DNA of 64,000 nucleotides from Eledone cirrhosa (taxonomy: Eukaryota). A program made the translations under genes and the position numbers. The first letter of the stretch is position 1. Every line of letters starts with the position of its first letter. This document shows positions 1-13,919 of this stretch, piece after piece. Location of the stretch: assembly GCA_964016885.1 (NCBI GenBank), contig OZ024743.1:213838001-213902000 (forward strand), given 5' to 3'. A model generated the notes under the pieces. That model was not told the origin of the DNA, did not search any database, and saw nothing but the letters and a program-made list of their open reading frames with translations.

Positions 1-73
1 ATCCCTGAAACAGCCTTAAAACAGCAATTAAATATATATGATTAAAATCATATAACGGAGATATGCAAATATG

Positions 74-870
<797 letters not shown>

Positions 871-879
<9 letters not shown>

Positions 880-1230
880 AACGAGTAGGACCCCGACGTC
901 TGAGCTCAAGCCGTTTCAACGGCTAATTCTGGACTAAATGAAAATTTTTATCCCGGTACATGAATAGCCGAGCTTCTCAGGGGGTAATTCCATATATGGT
1001 AAAAGTGATTGCTACAAGGATTGGTCAAAAGTTTGTTGTTGAGTCACATAATTCTATCATGGCAATTTGTGGAAGGAAGGGGGTAGCTGAACCTGCCAGT
1101 AGAAGAAAGAGGGAGAGGGAGGGGAGCAAACCCAGCCGTGCGTTGATAGTGCCAACCACAAAGAATCCTAAGGGCAGGAAGTGAAGAAAGTATACTAGGG
1201 AGGGGGAGGAGGAAGTAGAAACAGTAAGTA
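871..1230 (-). mobile_element. PLE pseudo-LTR fragment, same family as 21846-22050 and 22201-22313
   Basis: Shares gaccccgacg.ctgagctcaagccgtttc.acggctaattctg with 21860-21903, abuts (TA)n and carries an HHR-like motif. Right boundary uncertain. Confidence 0.6.
891..984 (-). ncRNA. type I hammerhead-like motif with enlarged stem II (core degenerate)
   Basis: Minus strand: cccc-CTGAGAA-gct-cggcta...tagccg-tt-GAAAC-ggcttgagctcagac-GTC-gggg. Stem I is cccc/gggg and the core is one nt off CUGANGA. Confidence 0.55.
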
Positions 1231-1639
1231 AATGGCTCTTTATCGACTACTGAAATGAAAGTCTATGTCAGATTCGATGATAATTGAACAGACAATGCAA
1301 ATATTTTCAAGACTACAAATTTTACCACGTAATGAAAATATTGTAGTAGTTATTAAGCGATTATACTCTTAATTTCGTGTCACGACTCAATTTAACTTCC
1401 ACAGATCGGCCATCTATGGTAATTTATTTTCAATATATGATAATTTGAATGCAGAATTGCAGCAACACTTGATTTATATTCAGAAAAAAAGTAACATAAT
1501 TGCATAAAAAGGCGACTTTTCAAATGTTGTAAATAGCTTGTTTAACCGTACTCTGAATTCTCGATTCTGAGAACTGTAGAGACTTTACTTGTAAACAACT
1601 CTCAGGCTACCCACCCCATCAAATAAGATTACCTTAAAG

Positions 1640-1830
1640 AACATTCGGAGGATCTCCGTTTCGCTCTTTGTATTCACGATCGTATTCTTCCAGGTGTTAC
1701 CGTAGATTCAAGACCATAGTTAAGGGTAGGCAGGGACACCGAATTGTAGATATCGAGTTTAAGTTTTATACCCACATCTTTTCTTCTGATGACTGGGTAT
1801 TGAGGTTGGTGCAGTTCAGTAATTCATGCA
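1640..1830 (-). pseudogene. decayed RTE-clade LINE fragment (post-RT region)
   Basis: Minus strand translates PVIRRKDVGIKLKLDIYNSVSLPTLNYGLES...RIRS*IQ, matching the RTE K-x-x-IY...P-x-L-x-YG-x-E motif. Confidence 0.6.
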
Positions 1831-1984
1831 TATAAGTGAGCCTCTTGTCTTCCATCTTCTGTGAAGCAACGAATGTTCCGCGGTACCTCGAAGAAGGAAA
1901 CCCTCTTCTGTCCTAATCAACCAGTCTGGAGGCGTTTGCTCAGGGTAAGCCCAACACACGGGTCATTTACTCAAATTTAAGCAA

Positions 1985-2335
1985 ATATACTGGGGGGGGG
2001 GGGGGGGGGCAGCAGACCCTCTTCAACCTCACCTTCATTACCGAATGGGACTTGAAAAAGATGATGACGGATTGGCCGAAGAGTAAAGTGCATCTCTTCA
2101 GTCCGTTTAACGACGTCCACTGCAGAACCTCTTTCACTACAGTCACCAGTCAGTTCGACACAACAGCTGTTTGACAACATTCCATCACAACTCTTCGACA
2201 TAATTCCACAAGTCAGTAATGCACGGGCACTGAAAGAGTGCGTGCAGAACTATTTGATCGCCCTGTGCGCAACTCGGTCAGATCAGTCTGACAGCACTTC
2301 CTTGCCTCTAGAGTTTATCTTGAACCCGTCGCGTG
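1985..2335 (-). pseudogene. old decayed L1/Tx1-type ORF2 C-terminus related to the elements at 50-64 kb
   Basis: Minus strand gives RVQDKL*...PSCAQGDQIVLHALFQCPCITDLWNYVE...KEVLQWTSLNGLKRCTLLFG, versus PVRDKLY...PRCAQGDETVLHALIQCPSIADLWVYVE...KEIVWWTRLKGLKTSTYLFG in ORF 58861-60237. Confidence 0.8.
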
Positions 2336-3261
2336 ACATTCTATGTTTATCTGTCATAGCTTAATTGCTATAAGTTGCTGATTTGTCTCGTCTTATCACT
2401 CCATAGGACAGGGCTCTGACTAGTGTCAGGCGCTGTGACTCCGAGTAGACCAGCAGTACCGACTATTTTGAAGTACTTACCGGAAGCATTTACTGGAAAC
2501 ACACACGCTGCTATTGCCTAAATGCCCCGAAACGTTACATAATAGTTATTCTCATCTATAAGTTGCCACGTGATCACTAGCGTGTCCTTCAAGAGAATAT
2601 AATTACCGTCCGTAAAAGCGAGAAGCGCAAAGACCATGCCTACATTAAATGCGGAACCATTCAGCAATTAATAGGCTTTCAATCTTATGATATCGGGAGT
2701 CTAATCTTCCCGCCATGAAGATAGAACACATTGCCTCGTTTGAAAATCTTTACTTCTTGAACTTCTTGATCTCTTAAATTAGTAACTCCATTCATCTATT
2801 TGTCTCCAGCAAGAACTCCGATGCTAAAGGCCCCAAAGAAAGTTTTATAACGGTCAACAACGACATTACTCTAGATGTTCACCCATCACAAAAAAAATAT
2901 TTGTAAGTTAGTGGATATGGACACTCGATGTTTAGGGAAACAACGTTATACTTATATTAAGTTAATTAATATGCAAACTAAAATAGGTTGCATCTATGAG
3001 CTGAATGCATGAGAATCCCCAAACAATAATAACATACTGAATTTTAGATTTTACACCACTTAAGCAGTGTAAGGGAATTATCTCAATACATTGTAATATA
3101 CTGATTAAAATCAGCGCAGCAAACATTGTATAAATCGTGGGAAAGATACAAAATTCCACATAACAGTCAAAATCAAAACAATAAATTCGCAGTATAGTTT
3201 TAAAAAAAGGAGTAATATCTATTGTATGTAGTAAATCATTTTATTATCAATCAATGAAAGG

Positions 3262-3372
3262 GCAAGGAATTGATAGACGTTAGACAGTCAGACGACATGT
3301 TTTGCAACATAGAGTTACGGCCGTTTATGTTCTCAGTTCAAATCTCACCAAAGTTAGCTTTGCCCTTCATCT
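3262..3372 (+). mobile_element. tRNA-derived SINE, decayed fragment
   Basis: ...tttatgttctcagttcaaatctcaccaaagttagctttgcccttcatc matches the copies at 40511 and 44909. Confidence 0.65.
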
Positions 3373-3861
3373 TTAAAAATTATTAAATCAAGATGTTTAC
3401 AAGATGAAATTAGAGCTAGATGCTATATAAATTTAAATATATATATATATATAGACACATACACTGTATAACATACACACAATGAGCAATTAAAGAATAA
3501 ACAAAGGTACTATCGATTATTAATGAATAGTCAAATCTATTTTATACAAATCATGATTCTGGTATAAATAGCAGAATGGGTGTGTATGTTTCAGACAACT
3601 ATTATGGAATTGCATATCTACCACCCATTGGTCAACACATCAATGATTTTCCCCTCTGCAACGATTACAAATCAATTGCTTAACTTGTCCATCCTGTCTA
3701 TTTTTCTTTCACGTTTTATAGGTAACTGTATTCGAGAATATTCAACGACATGCAAAGGAACACCATCCTTCCCTACTTAGCTTGATTACGTAGAACGTTA
3801 TGAGTTACTCATCACATGCACACGAGAGAAAACACATATGTACGTACATATGTGTGTATAT

Positions 3862-4450
3862 ATATGTAAAAGGTAAACGGAAATAACAAAGCAACCGATT
3901 CAGTAAAACGAACAAATAATAGAAAATATTCTTAATATTTCAGACACTAATCCTTCATCAACATATAGAATGAGCAATAAAAGATCAAATAGAAAGATAG
4001 ATAGTGACAAGAAGTAACAACATAAAGAATTGAGATGAAATGTGTATATAATTTGTCTTGCTCACTCCAAGCAAGCCAATAAAGCTACTAAAATGCAAGG
4101 GGTTACTGAGAAAGGAGAAGAACAAGACAAATAGTACGTAATTCAAGGAGAGAGAAGATGACGATTAATGTGGCTTTTGAATTTTTGCCAGTTGCTGTAG
4201 CCAGAAAAGCAAGAATCTGGAAGAGAATTATATAAGCGAGATGGGCTATGGAAGAATCTATGAGAATAGTATATGTGATTCCATTTACGAATTTCAACTG
4301 TAAATGGATGAGACTTCACCACTGTCTATACTCATGAAGACGAGGAAACAAATAGGAAAGCTCATCAGACCAATTCCCATGAAAATATTCATAAAAAATG
4401 CTAAAATAAGAGAGGCAACATTTCGACGGTATAATAGTGATTGAAGCTGA
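3862..4450 (-). mobile_element. decayed PLE 3' remnant with degenerate HHR at 3929-3961
   Basis: Minus strand ttgatgaaggattagtgtctgaaatattaaga aligns with the intact motif ctgatgaaggcttagcgtccgaaacgttaaga at 13494. Next to a short TA run. Confidence 0.45.
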
Positions 4451-4569
4451 CATCATAAGTCAGGACAATAGTGTTGATGATGCTTCTTTTGATCTATATG
4501 CATATATAAATTCATACTTGCATACATACATATATACAATCGGACGTACATAATACATACATACTTACA

Positions 4570-4735
4570 TATGAAGGTCGGCTGAAAAATCATAGGCTGA
4601 CCAAGATATTCTATTGAAGAACCAAATGAGGTATTTTTTAACATATTCCTTGGAAAGAAACAATGCAGTTATTAATAAGAAGAGTTGAAATTAATACATG
4701 CAAAACGTCACATATCTAGCATTAATTCTTCATAT
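4570..4735. mobile_element. decayed mariner-type MITE / deletion derivative
   Basis: Starts with a mariner-like end (atgaaggtcggctgaaaaatcataggctgac). 4652-4733 is the reverse complement of part of 34836-34950. Confidence 0.5.
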
Positions 4736-7380
4736 ATACATACTTACATATATACATGCAATATTTAAATTACGGTAAAAAAAATAATGGTTCTTATTCT
4801 CTCTTAACGAATGACCTGGGGTTTTGCACCTAGAAAGTTCCTCTTCAAGGCATAAGGCCGGGCTATGTGTTTTTGTGCATGCAAATCATCCTTGTCAACG
4901 TCACAGTATTGTGAACGCGAAAGGCAATCTCCGATAAACCTTGGCCCCTCTGACTTCGCACCTCATTTCTACAGCTGAGTAATATGCGATAAATTAAAGC
5001 ACTCGACGCATTCAAATCATCCATCGTAAATGTCGTGTCCTGTGGCTGGTGCAGGGACAGTGTTAAATATTCATTAGGAACAACAGAAGGCCGAACTGGA
5101 AACGTTCTTTAACATTTTAATCCTGCGAAAACTCTATACATATTTCAATGGCTCAATTTCATCATCCGATCATGATGCAAGATTTAGGCGATTACAGCAA
5201 GACTTGATTGCAGAATTAGTTATATAAGATAACAGGATTACGGCGAGTATACACAGAGAATAGAGGATAGATTTGCTTCGGGGATGGCTTGCCAATTTGG
5301 TGTTATAGTAACGGCAAACCATCCCTTTGACGTTACAATAACACCGTTGTCAATACTGATGGAATCCATTAATATGTATTTGTGAACAGCAATTACTACG
5401 TTTGCAAGAAAAAGAAACATACAGTTTCATGCGAGATTAAAACATACACAAGGGGGAAAATATATAACATAGAAAAGTGCTATTAAAGTTTACTTTATAC
5501 AGAAAACATTTTAATGAAATACGTTTCCAAAAATAGAATAACAGTGAACAATAAATATTTTTTTTCTGGAAATGTTTCCATTGAAAATAAAATTAATTAT
5601 GAGGTAATTTATTTGATAAAATACGAAATTACCATACATGCATGTGAAACAGTAACGAACATTCGAAGAACTCTCACTTTTCTGATGAAAAGAGATCGAA
5701 GAATGTAAATGATTTCTAGAAAATTTAATGGTTCAACAAATTTTATGCAAATTTTGACGAACAAATTAAACACTGGTTCATTTGAGACGAGTCACTAGTT
5801 TCAATGTACAATGCTATTTATGGCAATTAACGGCCATTAACAAGTTTGGGCTACGTGTTTTTAATGTAATTATAATAATGTATGAATCAATTTAAAAGTT
5901 TCTGAGTTCGGAATAATTTAAATATATAATCAAAGGAAGAACGCCTGTGTGACAAGTAGCATAAGGTTGTTTTTATAATGATCAGTTAATTTAAATGTAA
6001 TTCGGTTGTTGTAACGACAGTATTTTCAATGATATTTTGAAGAAAACATGCATTTGAAATAATAATTAATACATTGGGCTAATTGATGAATTTAATGAAT
6101 TTGGCAACACTTAATTTAATGTTAATATAATGTAATATTATATAAAACAAATATTGTTTTAGAAGGAATTCAATAACTTGATTATGTTACTACTTGAAAG
6201 AAAAGGAGGAATTACCAAATAAATTATTTATTATATTGAGTGTTTTATGTTTATTTGGGGAAATGTGCAACAGACACTCATACAGACACATACATGCGCG
6301 CACACACATACACAAACAAACATCTACACACACGTGCATATATATTCAAAAGGGAGATAGTTATGTAACATTTGGCTAAGAAATATAGAATCCATACCAT
6401 GTTCAGTGAAAAATTCATTCGAGTTCGAATACCCGTGTTTTAGAAACAATGCAGAATTCAACATATGTGATATTATTTACTACAACAAAACATTAAAGAA
6501 AATAACCCCACACCTTGCATTTCCCCTCAGCATAATAATATTGAACTTAACATGTTGGAGTTAATGCTTCGTGTTATCTGTTTCAGGTCTTCTTAGTTTG
6601 TGTCCCAAGCATACAGAGATCAATTTTCGCTTTCATCTTATTGACGTCGCTTGCTGAGTTCCCCCGTAAAATTGGAAAGACGGCGGACCACTCGAAGAGA
6701 GAGTCGCGTGAGGTGGAAGTGGCTGTTGCAACGGATTTCACTGGCCATTTCCCGTAGTAACGCTTTTGCCGTTCTGTCCCCGATGTACGATTGAAGAACC
6801 GTTCACAATGGCGTGTAGAGATTGTCCCCCCTACTCTCCCTTTTTTACACCGTTCCACCTTTTATTCTTTTTCTCCTTTTCATCTTTTTCTTCATTTTTT
6901 CTGTTATTTTTAGATGGTTTATTTATAGAAAAATGTTAGTTATATGTTATATATTGTTATTTTAAATAAATATAATATTTCTGTGTTTAAAAAATGTCGC
7001 ACTAGAGCAGGGCGTTGAATTGGCAGAAGTCTTAGAGCGTTTAACGTGATGCATTCTGGTAACACTTTCGCCCTCTTTTTTTCTTTTAATCCACCTGCGA
7101 TATCTTGATGCCATACTGCTTAGGCTGATGCCCTTCCCTTGCATGGTATCAGTGGTACCGTGAAGGTGTATTTGAAGGCATGGGCGTCTACTGGACATCT
7201 GAACATAACCCTACACAGCCTGCATCTAACAGATAATCTTTCGCAATGCAGATATGTTGTCGGACAAGAAATAGGCAACCCTAAAAATGATCATTGGCGT
7301 GTAGCCTTTGGAAATTGTCTAGAGATGACATCCACCTTGACAACAATGGATTAGAACATTTTTATGATATTTCATATAAT

Positions 7381-7568
7381 TGTTTTTACTTTTGGAACAA
7401 GGCCAGCAATTATCCCAGTGTATTATTGGTACTTTATTTTATCCCGTAAGGATGAAAGGCAAAATTAACCTCGGCGGGATGGATTTGAATTCAGACCATA
7501 AAGGGCCATAACTCTTTGCTGCAAAGCATGGCGTCCGACTTTCTACCGATACTGCCAATCCACCGCCC
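7381..7568 (-). mobile_element. full-length tRNA-derived SINE with 16-bp target-site duplication
   Basis: A-box-like TGGCAGTATCGG and B-box-like GAATTCAAATCC, central ttttgcctttcatccttacggg...ataaaataaagtacc block. TSD tgatatttcatataat at 7365-7380 and 7569-7584. Confidence 0.9.
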
Positions 7569-8564
7569 TGATATTTCATATAATGAACAATTGAATGTTA
7601 ATTTAGACTAACTTTCTCGCAGTGCGACGAATATGTTAACGCATTATAATGCTGAAAATTGAAGCACCTTGGCAACGTCGGTAACGTCTCCGTCTTATAC
7701 ATTCTCAGTGAAGTATAAACGTTATCTCTCTACTCTAGCTAAAAACATATCACTGTATGAATGTAAAGACGCGTGCACGATTGAGTGTAACAACATATCA
7801 TTTCGACCAATTGAAATTTCATAGAAATCCCATCAGCAACACATATAAATAGTTAACTTGGTACTAATATATTTAATATATTAATTAGAAGACAATATTT
7901 AAACAAGATTCCTCATACAGTGAGTGGAAGGAAATATGCGTGAAATGCATTAATAAGGAGTAGAAAGGGAGAAGTGGTACCTCCGAAATCCTAATTAAAT
8001 TGAGGTATGCAAGAAATTACCGACATAAACGATATATCACATCTGATATTTGGCAAATAATGTGATAACGCAGGAAATGTAGACTCCTGATTAGAACTGC
8101 TCAGCAAGTCGTTGTATATTTTGCCCTTTCTAGATAGGGTTTATCGTCACAACATATAATCATGACTGATGCAGATTATTAAGCGAAACAATCCACATGG
8201 AAATGAATGACATAAGTCACATGCTTACATACGTAATACTGTGAGTACTTTGTACGAAAATCGTTTATTGAATTATGTACTTATAATCTGTTATAAGTAA
8301 ATTATTTTCTATAACTCATTATGTTACAATATTTTACGAACGGTCAAACAATACATTTGTAAATGAAAAGAGATTAATGTTTTTCAGTCATTAGAAATAA
8401 CTATAAGAATAGAAATGCATATATCCATGTCCTCATCATTTACAACTTACATTCAACGTGTCTTTATTTCATTAACGTACTCTACTGAACGTTGCAGTAT
8501 CAAATATGTCTTTTTATGTGAAGAGATTGCAAGAGTCATTCTAAACACTTCTCTGGTTATATAT

Positions 8565-8668
8565 AATTGTTTCTACTTTTGGTACAATGCCAGCAATTAT
8601 CAGTGCATACTGGTAATTTATTTTATCGACCCCGTAAGGATGAAAGGCTAAGTTAACCATGGCGGGAT
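8565..8668 (-). mobile_element. SINE 3' half
   Basis: aattgtttctacttttggtacaatgccagc...tcgaccccgtaaggatgaaaggc. Confidence 0.8.
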
Positions 8669-8707
8669 ATAATGGTATACAGTTAGAAAGAATGTAACTA
8701 ACAAACT

Positions 8708-8746
<39 letters not shown>

Positions 8747-8751
<5 letters not shown>

Positions 8752-10150
8752 TAAAAATAGACAAAGAAGCCTTCAATACATCAAAAGTCTTTATTAGCCT
8801 ACAATGTTTCGTCCCATTAATCAGGACTCATCAGGGCAAGTAAACAGATAAGAAGCATTAACGGCCAGAACTATCCAAAACTCAGAAGAATAGGGAATTC
8901 ATATCCATAATAATAATATCTTCTATATTTACATAATAAATCGTTATACCTACGTAACTGTGTTTGTTTTTGTTTTTTGTTTTTTGTTTTTGTATTTCAT
9001 TTTATTTTGTTTTATTTATTTTTTTACTACCACATGCTGTTTGTCCTCCTATCATCATCATCATTATTTCTTTACTATCACTTGATGTTCGTCTTCCTGT
9101 AATTTGCTTTGCATCATAACATGCCTCCCTATATTAATATATCAATCGCGTAAATATCTCTTAAATATTTTCCATTGGCTCTGTCTGTCTGCAATTATAT
9201 ACTTTTATATTATTATATTATTTATTATTATAATATTAACATTTATATATCATATTATTTCTATGTAATTGTATTATACGTATTAATATAAGTCAGTTAT
9301 TTAAGGTACTGTTTTGTGGTATTTTGTAATATTTTATGAATGAAAGCTCCATATACCTCAGTATATTTATTATCATTACTCTATGTATTTATATATATAT
9401 ATACTTTTTCAACATACTTCAGTTTTATGATATTTCTTCTTACCCTGTGAAAAGCTTTATGTACAATTTGTTGACATTAAGTGATATGTATGATGTAGTT
9501 TTGTATATATTTTTTGATGTCAGTATATTATTCTATTATTTTTTGTATAGCTTATTTTTGTGTATAGTTTATTATTTGTATAGTTTATGTGCAACGTCAG
9601 GGTGATTTTTATATTATAGAGAGTATATTTATACTTATTAAGTGTTAGTATGTGTTTGTGTAAATATGTATATATATGGATATATATATATATACATATA
9701 TTAAGCTTTATATTTCTTATAACCCATTATATCCTATTGCAATTCTCACATTGTATTACCATGTTGTATTTAATGTATTTGTCTTATACTGTAATTAATT
9801 TCAACGTTGGTTTGAAATTTTACTCACTTTATTGCCCTATAGTCTATATTTGTAACTGCACACTTTTAGCTTTAGCATGCTTTTCCTTCATATCTCTCAT
9901 AAGCTTTCATGGATATGAATTCCATATTCGTCTGAGTTTTGGCTAGTTCTGGTCGTTAATGCTTCTTATCAGTTTACTTGCCCTGGGACGAAACATTGTA
10001 GGCTAATAAAGACTTTTGATGTATTGAAGGCTTCTTTGTCTATTTTTATAATTTTTCGGCTCTGTTGTATTACATTGAGCTATATCCTATACTGTCATTT
10101 TTCTAATACGACGAGTGTGTGTTACTCCAACGCACTCTAGTATTTTAATT

Positions 10151-10153
<3 letters not shown>
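8747..10153 (+). mobile_element. (TA)n-flanked PLE-derived element with inverted terminal arms
   Basis: 8747-~8902 is the reverse complement of ~9917-10053. There is ~1 kb of AT-rich interior, an unpaired 3' tail at 10054-10153, and an HHR in the arms. Confidence 0.8.
8797..8837 (-). ncRNA. canonical minimal type I hammerhead ribozyme
   Basis: gcc-CTGATGA-GTCC-tgattaatg-GGAC-GAAAC-att-GTA-ggc: complete core, stems I and II pair, GUA cleavage triplet. Confidence 0.9.
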
Positions 10154-10221
<68 letters not shown>

Positions 10222-10224
<3 letters not shown>

Positions 10225-10879
10225 TGGTTACACAGCAGTTAGTTCACCATACCGAGAACAATTGTTTCACCTTAGCGGATCCTCAGGTCGTATTGGACAT
10301 GGTTATACGGAATAGGAAGGACAACCGTACGAACGCGCATGCGCAGAAACCGTCACTTCACACAGTCAATACTAAAAAGCGTGCGAGAGGTGTAAGGGAG
10401 ATAACTGACAAAATCAGAAAAGTTTCTAATTGATAAGAAAATTAGGATGTTGTTGTGATTCAATCCGGAGCTTTGTAGTTATGTAAGAGGTGTTTCGAGA
10501 CGTGTGGACAACGTGTGAAGAATTCATTTCTCGTGTTTGTCTCGAAACACCTCTTACATAACTACAAAGCTCCGGATTGAATCACAACATCCTAATTTTC
10601 TTATCAACTAGAAATTTTTCGGACTTTTGCAGTTATCTCCCTTACACCTCTCGCACGCTTTTTAGTATTGCCTGTGTGAAGTGACGGTTTCTGCGCATAC
10701 GCGCTCGTACAGTTGTCCCTCCTGTTCCCTATAACCATGTCCATTACGATGTGAGGATCCGCTAAGGTGAAACAATTGTTCTCGGTATGGTGAACTAACT
10801 GTTGTGTAACCACTTCTACCTGACTCGTCCCATGGACTGAGTGCTCTACCACTACGGATATTACCTTTCAGTGTTCTAC

Positions 10880-10882
<3 letters not shown>
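10222..10882 (+). mobile_element. (TA)n-flanked fold-back mini-element (PLE pseudo-LTR derivative)
   Basis: Inverted arms 10222-10501 and 10539-10815 with scattered mismatches, a 37-nt loop, and a tail at 10816-10882. (TA)n on both sides. Confidence 0.8.
10253..10290 (-). ncRNA. minimal hammerhead motif with palindromic stem III
   Basis: cgac-CTGAGGA-tccgctaaggt-GAAAC-aatt-GTT-ctcg, with the AACAATTGTT palindrome. The mirror copy near 10747-10784 has GTGAGGA. Confidence 0.7.
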
Positions 10883-10969
<87 letters not shown>

Positions 10970-11087
10970 TGAGACTGTGTGAGAGATAGAAAGAGACAGA
11001 CAAAGAAGGAAAAGAAAAGGTGAGAAAGAGAAAATAGGCTCTCAGCCAATGACTGGCATTTACGGCTTTGGAATGATGATAAGCAAA

Positions 11088-11172
11088 GATAACCCCGGCA
11101 GGATTTGAATTGAGGGCTCATATCACAGCGTCGGAACCTTATAATATTCTACACTGAAGCAACTCTACCATT
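11088..11172 (-). mobile_element. decayed SINE 5' fragment
   Basis: aaccccggcaggatttgaattgag...actctaccatt resembles the tRNA-like head of the local SINE. Confidence 0.4.
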
Positions 11173-11297
11173 ATATGGTTTGGAAAATTGGTCAGAGCAT
11201 TAAGCTGGTTGTCCAGTGTTAATCAGAAATGAAATATATCTAGGCATCCATCGTTAAACATGTTTGTGGAAGATAAAATACATAATTCAATGTGTAT

Positions 11298-11322
11298 GTA
11301 GTATTAACATTGATTAAAAGGC

Positions 11323-11362
<40 letters not shown>

Positions 11363-11458
11363 CATACACACACAAATACATATATATATATATATATATT
11401 TGTGTGTATGTATGCATATATATATATAATTTGCCTTTTAATCAATGTTAATACTACA
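11298..11458. repeat. imperfect palindrome centred on a (TA)n tract
   Basis: tgtagtattaacattgattaaaaggcaaatta at 11298 is mirrored by taatttgccttttaatcaatgttaatactaca ending at 11458. The inner CA/TG/TA runs are also mirrored. Confidence 0.85.
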
Positions 11459-11459
11459 C

Positions 11460-11539
<80 letters not shown>

Positions 11540-13408
11540 GTGTGCGTGTGTGTGTGTGCGTGTGTGTGTGCGTGTGCACACATAGGCGCACTCGAAGGTT
11601 GGCAGGCACGAGTAAAGTAAACTGATAGTTGTGAAGTCTTGATATAAAGAAAATGACGCAGGTTGTAAAATCATAGCTTGCGGGAGAGCGTGACGCCTGA
11701 TTTTCACATGAGATTCCTTCTTGTTTTATAGCTTTAACTGATCTGACGTCAAATGTTTTTGCGGCTGAGCCAAATGAATGACTTAAATAAATATTACTAT
11801 TTTGAAGTTCAAAGTGTTACATATCACGAAATACGTTAGTATGTTCTTTTTGTTTCCTTTCGCCTATAACATTACTTAGTGAAACATGTAAAATAATGAT
11901 TTCTAACATTTAATAATACTTTCTAATATGTAAAATCGAGATATTTATTGGATATAATAGTAAAACAAGAAAAAAAAAACTTAAATATTAATGTCATGAT
12001 TCTTAGTGGATCTTTTTTAAAAGCTTCAATCCATGGAAAGTATGTAGATAAAATAGAATAAAATATCAAAGACAAATAACATTTCCTCTCGAGAATATAT
12101 GAATATAAGAACAGAATATTTTTGCATAAATCAATAAATTTGAAATATAAATATTATTATCTATTATCTTAATATAGGAAATAAAATCTAGACACAATCT
12201 ACAGAAATTTAAAAGTCGATAATTTCTTTGTTTTCATATTGGTCGGCTTCTATTTTCTTGCATCCCGTGCTTTTAATGATATTGTTTTAATTTCTATACT
12301 TTACGATTATTTAATCGTAGACATTGAATATTGGAAATTATAAATGAAAACGAAGGAATACATAGTATAAAAATGTTCATGAGAGTAAATTTTCTTTCAA
12401 TTGTTTCGAATATATATAATAAAGTATGTTTTCGCTTCAGCGAATATGATTACATTTATGGTCTCTATTAATAATCGAACGATATTATTTTTGTATTTAT
12501 ATATTCTTCTATAATTAATGTTGTTTTCTCTCTTTTTTTATCGTATGTCTTTTCTTTGATGAATACTAGCAATTATTGGATATAATTGCAAATTGTCCTA
12601 CCATTTTGCTTGCAATGAAGGATATTAAACTATTAGTTACTTAATTACTGTAACCCGAGTAAATTAAAGGTATTGAATTTCTAATTCAGATAATTAATTA
12701 AAATATAATCGATATTACCTCGTTAAATGACAGCTTAGCAGAACTGGAGTCATAGGTTAAGTATGAATATTTAATGATTGATTTTTATTTCTGTTGATAG
12801 GCTTATATGACCTGAATTAGAAGATGCAATAATATTTTATTAATGGAAGCTTATTGCCAATTTTGTCAAAAAAAACACATAAAAGCCACTTTGTATCATT
12901 TATGATTACGTATTTAGAAATACTTTCTTTTTTTCTGCTAACTATCATTTTATACAATTTTTTGTCTATAATCAATATTGGATGTCTTTTTGTTCAAATT
13001 GACAAAGCTGATTGAATAAAAGGAATAGATATAATAAACAAAGAAGAAATCGCCAAAACATATAAAAAATATATTAAAATACGATATAATCATGACATAA
13101 AAGACATCATGGCAATATGAATACAAATAAAAATGACATTTTATAAAAGCCTCGGGAACGATAAGACAAATTCCGTTCTAAGCCATCATTTGTCGACAGC
13201 ATTCATATGTCAAAATAATTCTAATTTCAACGGTATCAAATTTATTTCTCTGATTGTTACCAGTATACAATACAGGTCCAATATAATAAGCATTATTTAA
13301 TACCTCTGCCGCATAATATCACTTACAAGTATATTCGCTCTTTACAAAACGCAAATGATTATGGTCTAACAATCACCCTTCTTACGATCAACAAAATATT
13401 ACTTGCAG

Positions 13409-13725
<317 letters not shown>

Positions 13726-13919
13726 TTGGGATACAAGAAGGGAAGAGGGGGAAAACATGTAAACAGACACGCAGTGTGAAGCAACGTAGGAGAAGAACCC
13801 TCTCTTTCGCCCGTAACGAGGGATTCTTTGCATAGAGAAAAATATTTAATAGGTAACACACACATGGTGCGGTGAAAACACGTGCATCATTCAACTACGA
13901 AATGAATATATATATATAT

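Noticed and set aside
4361-4368. CTGATGAG on the minus strand (also ctgatga at 1786, 5682, 16959 and 18075 on the plus strand)
   Set aside because: No properly spaced stem II, GAAA and UH with a closing stem I.
5077-5228. Possible host exon after cattag (EQQKAELETFFNIL...)
   Set aside because: Weak acceptor, runs into a stop, no recognisable homology and no partner exons.
6570-7350. GC-richer patch that might be a decayed LINE ORF1
   Set aside because: Only a vague RRPC-like trace; I could not support a family call.
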